Part shown: positions 57,727 through 64,000 of the stretch, one piece after another | Position numbering within the stretch: the first letter of the stretch is position 1 | Layout of the letters: each line of letters begins with the position of its first letter | NCBI GenBank assembly: GCA_028716965.1 | Contig: JAQUOV010000003.1 | Location: 140,756 to 204,755, forward strand | From: Candidatus Omnitrophota bacterium | GTDB lineage: Bacteria; Omnitrophota; Gorgyraeia; Gygaellales; Profunditerraquicolaceae | Direction of reading: 5' to 3' | Length of the DNA: 64,000 nucleotides | Position numbers and translations under genes: made by a program | The notes under the pieces: model-generated | The model's database searches: none | The model's input: only the letters and a program-made list of their open reading frames with translations | Told to the model about the DNA's origin: nothing

Positions 57727-58599
57727 TTATTCCAGAACCTTGATTTCCTTGTTTAAGCCACGGTAAATCTCAACGGTTTTCTTGGGTTTAGGAGGCACAA
57801 CTACAGGTTTTTCCTGCTGCTGAAAAGCCTGCGGCATCACGGTTCTGAACAAAGTATCCCAGCTTGCCGGAGTTACCTGTTGCAACTGCGTATCCCCGGG
57901 AGAACGCAGGATCAGCCGGATTTTACCCTGCTCTTGCACAAAAACAATAAGGTTCGCCTCCTGAGGCGATAAAGCAAAGGTTATGGCCGGAGCTATTGCT
58001 GCCGCTTTTTCTTCTTTTTTCCCACCCTGCATAAACTCCTGGCCGACAGCTAAAACTAAGACATCCTGGAATAAAGGCATAGTAGCCAATTGATTTACTT
58101 GTTTTCCTTCAGCATTCATTGCCGGAATAGGCACCATACCTACGATATCAACATGATCCCCAGGCCTGATCATACCTCCGACTGAAGAGATGTTATCTAC
58201 GGGAACAGTTACCGCTCTTTTGCCTGCAGGTACCTTCATGGATAAAGACCCTATCTCGCCGGAGATTGTAACCTTGTTCAAAAGCACCTGTTCACCTTTG
58301 TCTATAGGAGCAATGGTAATCTTATCCACAACCCTGTCTATGGATGCCGCCGAGCGGGGCTGAACCATATTCCTATTAACCGTTATCTCTGCAAGCATGG
58401 ATTCTTTTATTGCGGTGCCGGCCGGTATACTCTGCTTAGCCACTACTACGGTAGTGAGATTCTTCTGGCTTTGCGCTACCATCCTTTTTGCTTCTTCGGT
58501 CTGATGCTGGATATAATTATTGATCAGCACTACCGCAATTAAACCGCAAACTCCGCTAATCAGCAACGGCAGGTATTTCTTAAAGGCTTGAATTTGCAT
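57727..58599 (-). CDS. CpaB/RcpC-like Flp pilus assembly protein (SAF domain)
   Basis: N-terminal TM; VVVAKQSIPAGTAI; RAVTVPVD...GGMIRPGDHVDIV. Confidence 0.75.
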   Translation of the reverse strand: MQIQAFKKYLPLLISGVCGLIAVVLINNYIQHQTEEAKRMVAQSQKNLTTVVVAKQSIPAGTAIKESMLAEITVNRNMVQPRSAASIDRVVDKITIAPIDKGEQVLLNKVTISGEIGSLSMKVPAGKRAVTVPVDNISSVGGMIRPGDHVDIVGMVPIPAMNAEGKQVNQLATMPLFQDVLVLAVGQEFMQGGKKEEKAAAIAPAITFALSPQEANLIVFVQEQGKIRLILRSPGDTQLQQVTPASWDTLFRTVMPQAFQQQEKPVVVPPKPKKTVEIYRGLNKEIKVLE

Positions 58600-58602
58600 A
58601 TT

Positions 58603-59529
58603 CTATCGTACCTTTTCTTCGTAAATTTCTATTTTCGTCTCGCCGGATAGTTTATTGGCAAGCTCGACTATTGCCTTCTGCTGCTTTTCAAATAACAACC
58701 ATGATTTTATGTTATCCCGTAACTCAGCCAGGGATTTAGGCTCAGATTTCTTTATACTATCAAGTTTTATTATGTAAAATCCGTCCGGCCCCTTGAATAT
58801 ACTGCTAACTCCGCCAACCTCCAGCGAGGGAGAAAAAGCTACTTCATAAAATTTTTCAGGCCTTATCCGTTTTTCGGGACTTACCTCGTAAGTCATCAAG
58901 CCTACATCGCCGCCGCGGGATGCGGTATTAGCTTTCGAATATTGCCTGGCTAAAGAAGAAAAATCCATGCCTTTAAGCAATTCAATATAAACCTGCTTGG
59001 CCTCCTCTTCGGTAGGAGTCATAATCTCCAGAATCTTCCTCTGCTCAGGATCTCTAAGCATGTCTTTATTTTGTTCATAAAAATCTTCTATCTCTTTACT
59101 GCTTACATCAATTTTCTCAATTTCCCTGCGTAATAATTCCGCGATCAAAAGGTTCATCTTGGCAGCCTCAAGCTCTTTTGCGATCTCGGGCTTTTTATCC
59201 AAACCTCTATCCAAGGCTTCCTGATATAGGATATATTTACGCACAAGCTCATCTCTCAAATATTTCACTTTCTTTTCGCTGGTATCAATCTTGTTCTTGT
59301 CCATCTTTTGCGCGGAGGCCAAAGAATTAAAATTATCAACTTCCTTGTTCAAGTCTGAAGCCGTGATATAAAAATCCCCTACCTTGGCAACTATAGTCTC
59401 GCCTACAGGAGGGAGATTTTGCTTGATTTGCTTCACAGGTTTAGCTGTGTCCATAAAAGGTATCTTGTCGCAACCCGAGAATAAAAATACGGTAAACAGG
59501 ATTACTAATAAATTTTCTAGCTTGCGCAT
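58603..59529 (-). CDS. Lipoprotein, parvulin-type peptidyl-prolyl isomerase (SurA/PrsA-like)
   Basis: Lipobox LFSGC; PPIC-type motifs RGGDVGLM ... GPDGFYIIKL; AGGAGG Shine-Dalgarno. Confidence 0.65.
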   Translation of the reverse strand: MRKLENLLVILFTVFLFSGCDKIPFMDTAKPVKQIKQNLPPVGETIVAKVGDFYITASDLNKEVDNFNSLASAQKMDKNKIDTSEKKVKYLRDELVRKYILYQEALDRGLDKKPEIAKELEAAKMNLLIAELLRREIEKIDVSSKEIEDFYEQNKDMLRDPEQRKILEIMTPTEEEAKQVYIELLKGMDFSSLARQYSKANTASRGGDVGLMTYEVSPEKRIRPEKFYEVAFSPSLEVGGVSSIFKGPDGFYIIKLDSIKKSEPKSLAELRDNIKSWLLFEKQQKAIVELANKLSGETKIEIYEEKVR

Positions 59530-59798
59530 TTATCCTCCTTGTCCGTTCCATTATTTTTTATATTGTGGACCTCGGTGATTATCTTGGTCAAAAGGTCGGC
59601 GATTTTAGCGATGAGGTATAAAAAGAAAAACAGGAATGCGTATATTGCCAAAACTACAAATCCCATCCAGCGAGGATTGGATGGGACCAAACCCATTAAT
59701 AAGGAAGCTCCTCCGGTAATGCCTAAACATAAAAAAATCCAAGCAGCAACTTTTACCGCTGTGCTGGATATACGCAAGAACCCTAAATGTTCGCGCAT
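59517..59798 (-). CDS. Small two-TM membrane protein, hypothetical (ATG 59798; track used TTG 59801)
   Basis: AAGGAGGG Shine-Dalgarno; hydrophobic helices WIFLCLGITGG and FVVLAIYAFLFFFLYLIA. Confidence 0.5.
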   Translation of the reverse strand: MREHLGFLRISSTAVKVAAWIFLCLGITGGASLLMGLVPSNPRWMGFVVLAIYAFLFFFLYLIAKIADLLTKIITEVHNIKNNGTDKEDKCAS

Positions 59799-59924
59799 CA
59801 ACCCTCCTTATTGTTTTACTTGTATCATAAAGTAATTAAAAAAGCAAGAAAAATAATTACGGGTATCTTTATTATCATCAGTACCTTCATACTGAAGGAT
59901 TAATTACGAATCTTATTGCCCCCT

Positions 59925-60108
59925 CCAACCGGCCCTCCTGCGGAGGACTCGGTTGAAAACTTTAATAGCCCCAACCGGCCCTCCTGCGGAGGACTCGGTT
60001 GAAAACTTTAATAGCCCCAACCGGCCCTCCTGCGGAGGACTCGGTTGAAAACTTTAATAGCCCCAACCGGCCCTCCTGCGGAGGACTCGGTTGAAAACTT
60101 TAATAGCC
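59925..60108. repeat. Four perfect tandem 46-bp repeats (ccaaccggccctcctgcggaggactcggttgaaaactttaatagcc) abutting the tRNA 3' end
   Basis: Copies at 59925, 59971, 60017 and 60063. Each starts with ccaaccgg (the tRNA 3' acceptor/T-arm bases) and carries the palindrome CCTCCtgcGGAGG. Confidence 0.9.
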
Positions 60109-60178
60109 CCAACCGGATTTGAACCGGTGTTTACAGGCTGAGAACCTGACGTCCTGGACCAGGCTAGACGATGGGGCC
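60104..60178 (-). tRNA. tRNA-Glu (anticodon CUC)
   Basis: Minus-strand GGCCCCATCGTCTAGCCTGGTCCAGGACGTCAGGTTCTCAGCCTGTAAACACCGGTTCAAATCCGGTTGGGGCTA. D-arm and T-arm (TTCAAAT) very similar to bacterial tRNA-Glu; anticodon loop TTCTCAG. G1-U72 wobble and a 27:43 mismatch lower the score. Confidence 0.75.
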
Positions 60179-60286
60179 GTGAAATTAAACAAAGTTATAC
60201 ATTCGCTGCCAATGGCGCTCTCCGGTTTTTAAGCCGGGGAACCGTAGTTGATTTTACTATATCCGCGCCTTTAGTCAACAATTTTA

Positions 60287-60315
60287 TTGACCACCCCATA
60301 TTTACATTATATACT
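60287..60315 (+). promoter_or_regulatory. Sigma70-like promoter TTGACC, 17 nt, TATACT for the FIST operon; predicted near-leaderless start
   Basis: -35 at 60287-60292 and -10 at 60310-60315; ATG at 60323, so about 7 nt from the -10 to the start codon. Confidence 0.4.
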
Positions 60316-60322
60316 GTCTGCC

Positions 60323-61510
60323 ATGAATGTAAGTTTTGGTTTTAGCCAGACCAAAGACCATATCCGGGCAACCAATGAAGCGGTCGGGCAGGCGATAATC
60401 GGCCTTAGGGGTATGCACGCGGACCTGGCAATTATCTTCACTACAATAGAATTTACACATCCTCTTGTATTAAAAACCGTCAACAACCTGCTTGGCGAAA
60501 TTCCCATATTAGGCTGCAGCAGCCTGGGAATTATAACTAACAAAGGGATATTTAAGCATGGGTTTGCCATACTGCTTATCGGATTAAGCCAGCAGATGTT
60601 CTTTAATGTCGCCTCGGTCAGGGATATCAATAAGAAAACCGCTCTCCTGGCCGGAAGAGAACTGGGAGAGAAACTGCTTTATGGATATAAAACTGTGCGC
60701 AGGAATTTAAGCATAATCTTTTCGGATGGTCTGATCTCCGAAGGAACCAGCCTGATCAACGGACTACAGGAAAATTTGGGCAGGAGCTTTCCTCTTATCG
60801 GAGCACTTGCCTCGGATAACTTTACCTTCCAGAAAACATTTCAATATTTCAATAAAGAACTGCTTAGCGAATCCTGCTGCGGGGTACTTTTCGGCGGCGG
60901 GATAAATTTCAGCCTGGGCATCAAACATGGTTGGAAACCCTTGGGGAAAGTACGCTGCGTTAATAAATCGGAGGGAAATGTAGTTAAAGAGATCGACGGC
61001 CGGCCGGCGGTAAAACTTTATGAAGATTACCTGGCTAAAGATACGCTTGAATTATCCGAAGAGCTGCGGCGCATATCCATCTTTTACCCTCTGGGGATTT
61101 ACTTGCCGGGAGAAAAAGAATACTTGCTGCGCAACATCATCTCCATAAAAGATGACGGTTCGCTGGTCACCCAAGGGGACATACCGCAGGATAGCAAAAT
61201 CAGATTAATGATCGGCACCAAAGATTCCTGCCTTGAAGCCGCAGCTGAATCCTGCGAAGACGCAGAAAGAAACCTTATGGGCCAAAAAGCAAAATTTGTG
61301 ATGGTCTTTGATTCCGCGTCAAGGTTTTCGCTTTTAGGCAGGCAATGCGTAAAAGAACTTGAGATAATAAAGGAAACGTTCGGCGAAGAAACCCCCTTAG
61401 TAGGCATTTATACTTATGGGGAACTTGCCCCCCTTCAATCCATAAGTTATCTAGGGCACAGCCATTTCCATAACCAGAGCATAGGCGTTCTGGCTGTAGG
61501 AGGTCAATAA
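60323..61510 (+). CDS. FIST domain sensor protein (start ATG 60323; track TTG 60287)
   Basis: FIST_C-like VGIYTYGELAP...SHFHNQSIGVLAV, and a FIST_N-like N-terminal half. Confidence 0.7.
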   Translation: MNVSFGFSQTKDHIRATNEAVGQAIIGLRGMHADLAIIFTTIEFTHPLVLKTVNNLLGEIPILGCSSLGIITNKGIFKHGFAILLIGLSQQMFFNVASVRDINKKTALLAGRELGEKLLYGYKTVRRNLSIIFSDGLISEGTSLINGLQENLGRSFPLIGALASDNFTFQKTFQYFNKELLSESCCGVLFGGGINFSLGIKHGWKPLGKVRCVNKSEGNVVKEIDGRPAVKLYEDYLAKDTLELSEELRRISIFYPLGIYLPGEKEYLLRNIISIKDDGSLVTQGDIPQDSKIRLMIGTKDSCLEAAAESCEDAERNLMGQKAKFVMVFDSASRFSLLGRQCVKELEIIKETFGEETPLVGIYTYGELAPLQSISYLGHSHFHNQSIGVLAVGGQ

Positions 61511-61511
61511 A

Positions 61512-62990
61512 ATGTTAAACCTGATGTTCATTGCCATTTGTATGGTTATTGCCAGCATGGGTATATCGCTGCTGTTTAAGATGCAACGCTTAAAGGAACT
61601 GGAAAAACGCGCGGATGCCTTAAACGCCTCGCTTGAAGAGATGGACGAACAAGCCAAATTGATTATTCGAACGGACATAGAATTAAATAAAACCCAGGAG
61701 GAGCTGGACAAAAAGATCACTGGACTTTCCACCTTGCAGCAATTATCCCGGGAGATAAGCACTACTCTGGAAGAAAAACAGATCTTCAAGAAGATAGGCA
61801 AGTTCTATCTGGAAGAGCTTGGTTTTGAGAAATCATCTGCTTTATTATGGGATAACCTGACAAGGGAATTCCACTTATACCTAAGCATTGGCTATAGCGA
61901 AAGCGAGTCGCTAAGAATAAAAGATGCGGTTAATACAGACAAGGATTACTACCTGGATTTGATGCACGGGGGCAAAACCGCATCCTCTGTTTTTATCCCC
62001 GAAGGCTTCCTGGACAAGGATAAAATTTGCCAGTTATTCCAGGCGAATGAATTTATTATCTGCCCGATCACCCCCAAGGAAGGCAATCAAGGGTTTATCT
62101 TTGTGGGCACGCAAAATATAGAAACCCGCATAACTGAAGGCGAACGTGAAATCATCACCATACTAGCCAATCAAATCGGCCAAAGCTTGGATAATGCCAG
62201 GCTATTTGAAAAAACCTGGAGGTCACAGCAGGAGCTTGAGATAAAAGTTGAAGAAAGGACGCGCCAGCTTACTGAAACCATGGAGGAATTAAAAAAGATC
62301 AGCAAGCGTAAAAGCGATTTCATCTCCAGTGTTTCCCATGAGTTAAGAACCCCCCTTACCTCTATTAAGGGATATGCGGCGATATTGCTGGCAGGCAAAT
62401 TAGGGGCTATCCCTGATGAGATCAAAGAACGCCTTGCCAAGATTAACCGCCACAGCGATGAATTAGTGCATATGGTAAATGACCTCCTTGATATTTCACG
62501 CATTGAATCCGGAAAAGTAAACATGCACGTAGAAACCCTGGAACTTGCCCCGATAGTTGAAAAAGTAGCCGATCTGCTTTCCGAACAGTTCAAAGCAAAG
62601 AATATCACCTTTAATATGCTTATTCCTGAGGATTGCAAGAAAATAATGGTTGACCGCAGCCAGATAGAAAGGGTTTTTATTAACCTGATAGGCAATGCCT
62701 TAAAGTTTACCCCTGAAAATGGCTCTATCAGCGTGGGCGTGCATTGCTCAAATAAAACAATTCAAGTCGATGTCAAAGATACCGGCTTTGGTATCCCCCA
62801 AGAGGCCCAGGAAAAGATATTTGAAGAATTTTACCGCGTGGACAACACTATCAACCAGGGGGTAAAAGGTACCGGCCTTGGGCTTACGCTGGTTAAGCAC
62901 ATCATTGAGGCACACCGGGGGAATATATGGGTAACCAGCAAACTGGGAGAAGGTGCAACTTTTAGCTTTACCCTCAACTGCACCGAATAA
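61512..62990 (+). CDS. Sensor histidine kinase (TM, coiled coil, GAF, HisKA, HATPase_c)
   Basis: H-box SVSHELRTPLTSIKGYAAIL; N/G boxes NLIGNALKFTP, DTGFGIP, GTGLGLTLVK; AGGAGG Shine-Dalgarno. Confidence 0.85.
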   Translation: MLNLMFIAICMVIASMGISLLFKMQRLKELEKRADALNASLEEMDEQAKLIIRTDIELNKTQEELDKKITGLSTLQQLSREISTTLEEKQIFKKIGKFYLEELGFEKSSALLWDNLTREFHLYLSIGYSESESLRIKDAVNTDKDYYLDLMHGGKTASSVFIPEGFLDKDKICQLFQANEFIICPITPKEGNQGFIFVGTQNIETRITEGEREIITILANQIGQSLDNARLFEKTWRSQQELEIKVEERTRQLTETMEELKKISKRKSDFISSVSHELRTPLTSIKGYAAILLAGKLGAIPDEIKERLAKINRHSDELVHMVNDLLDISRIESGKVNMHVETLELAPIVEKVADLLSEQFKAKNITFNMLIPEDCKKIMVDRSQIERVFINLIGNALKFTPENGSISVGVHCSNKTIQVDVKDTGFGIPQEAQEKIFEEFYRVDNTINQGVKGTGLGLTLVKHIIEAHRGNIWVTSKLGEGATFSFTLNCTE

Positions 62991-62994
62991 AACT

Positions 62995-63930
62995 ATGGGA
63001 ATCAAGATACTTATTGCTGATGACGACCCGGATATACGAGACATACTTAAGCTTACCCTTTCCGAAGAGAATTATGAAACCATTGAAGCCGGTAACGGCG
63101 AAGAGGCACTCAAGATAATCCGTGCCAAGCCCCTTGACCTGGTCCTTCTGGATTACAAGATGCCTAAGATGGACGGACGGCAATTGTGCAATTTAATCAA
63201 AAAAGACTTGTTGCTGCAGCACCTTCCGATAATCATGGTAACGGGGAAAGGCGAGGTAAGTGATAAAATCGATGGGATCGACTCCGGAGCGGATGATTAT
63301 ATCGTTAAGCCGTTTGAGCCTAAGGAGCTTTTGGCCAGGATACGCATGGTCTTAAGGCGCACAAAAAGAGACCTGGAGGCAAACCCGCTTACCCGCCTTC
63401 CGGGAAACGTAGCTATCCTTAATGAACTTTCCGACCGTATAGAAAATAAGAAAACTTACGCGGTTTGTTATGTAGACCTGGATAAATTCAAGGCTTATAA
63501 TGATAAATACGGATTTGAGCACGGAGACACCGTTATCCGGGAAACTGCGCGCATACTGCTTGGGGCTGCAAAAGAATACGGTAGCCTTCTTGATTTTGTC
63601 GGGCATATCGGGGGAGATGACTTTGTGGTAGTAACTACGCCTGAGATGTCGGATAAGATCTGCGAGAAGATAATCCACGATTTTGATAAAATATCCCCCT
63701 CCTTCTACAACCAAGAAGACAGACAAAACGGTTATATTATCGGCAGGGACCGTCAGGGAGAGATCCAGAAAATCCCCCTCCTTTCAGTCTCCATAGGCGT
63801 GGTGTCCAATGAAACGCGCAATATCACGCATGTAGCCCAAATCGGCGAGATCGGAGCAGAGTTAAAAAAGATCGCCAAGAGTGTTGAGAAAAGTAATTAC
63901 GTTAAAGACAAACGGCAAAACAAAGTTTAA
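62995..63930 (+). CDS. Response regulator with REC domain plus GGDEF-like domain (motif GGDDF)
   Basis: REC: ILIADDDPDIRD, LDLVLLDYKMPKMDG, VTGKG. GGDEF-like: YAVCYVDLDKFKAYNDKYGFEHGD ... HIGGDDFVVV. Confidence 0.8.
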   Translation: MGIKILIADDDPDIRDILKLTLSEENYETIEAGNGEEALKIIRAKPLDLVLLDYKMPKMDGRQLCNLIKKDLLLQHLPIIMVTGKGEVSDKIDGIDSGADDYIVKPFEPKELLARIRMVLRRTKRDLEANPLTRLPGNVAILNELSDRIENKKTYAVCYVDLDKFKAYNDKYGFEHGDTVIRETARILLGAAKEYGSLLDFVGHIGGDDFVVVTTPEMSDKICEKIIHDFDKISPSFYNQEDRQNGYIIGRDRQGEIQKIPLLSVSIGVVSNETRNITHVAQIGEIGAELKKIAKSVEKSNYVKDKRQNKV

Positions 63931-63935
63931 AATAA

Positions 63936-64000
63936 TGCGCGAGGGGGGAGTTGAACCCCCAAGCCTTTCGGCACAAGCCCCTCATGCTTGCGTGTCTGCC
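63936..64000 (-). tRNA. Partial tRNA-Leu (anticodon GAG), type II with long variable arm; 5' part beyond window end
   Basis: Minus-strand anticodon stem-loop CAAGC-ATGAGGG-GCTTG, variable arm GCCGAAAGGC, T-arm GGGGG-TTCAACT-CCCCC, acceptor 3' strand CTCGCGC then A. Confidence 0.55.

Noticed and set aside
59925-60108. 46-bp tandem repeats, and the 21-bp repeats, as a CRISPR array
   Set aside because: Units are contiguous with no unique spacers and no cas genes.
60223-60238. Hairpin CCGGtttttaagCCGG as a terminator
   Set aside because: No flanking U-tract on either strand, and it is upstream of the tRNA on its own strand.

Overview
Low-GC (~38-40%) bacterial window with five neighbourhoods. 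(1) 1..40798, minus strand: one uninterrupted giant ORF of at least 13,599 codons; its 3' end runs off the window start. It is N-terminally membrane-anchored and mixes cysteine- and metallo-peptidase, SecA-like ATPase, peptidoglycan-lytic (SLT), glycoside-hydrolase-like, peptidoglycan-binding, methyltransferase and polytopic membrane modules. (2) 41446..59798, all minus strand: a Tad/Flp-like (type IVc) pilus-secretion cluster in the same transcriptional direction, ending 650 bp upstream of the giant gene. It has CpaB, a secretin with a C-terminal TonB domain, a TadZ-TadA fusion ATPase, TadB, TadC, at least 8 Flp-family pilin paralogs, TadE-like pseudopilins, and exported Gly-rich and Cys-rich coiled-coil proteins. 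(3) 51231..53598: the cluster is split by a DDE transposase, a terminator, and a REP-RAYT-REP unit (IS200-like tyrosine transposase flanked by inverted REP repeats); a third REP copy sits at 41315..41372 next to the giant-gene promoter region. (4) 59925..60178: a tRNA-Glu(CUC) followed by four 46-bp tandem repeats that each reiterate the tRNA 3' end. (5) 60323..63930, plus strand: a FIST, GAF histidine kinase, REC-GGDEF(GGDDF) signalling operon, then a partial tRNA-Leu(GAG) at the window end. The giant-gene plus Tad-like arrangement resembles the published association of giant cell-wall-degrading genes with secretion systems in predatory or episymbiotic lineages (e.g. Omnitrophota). The specific fusions and the pilin repertoire here look unusual. 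Every coordinate was read from the sequence by eye; internal starts and domain limits may be off by a few nt.
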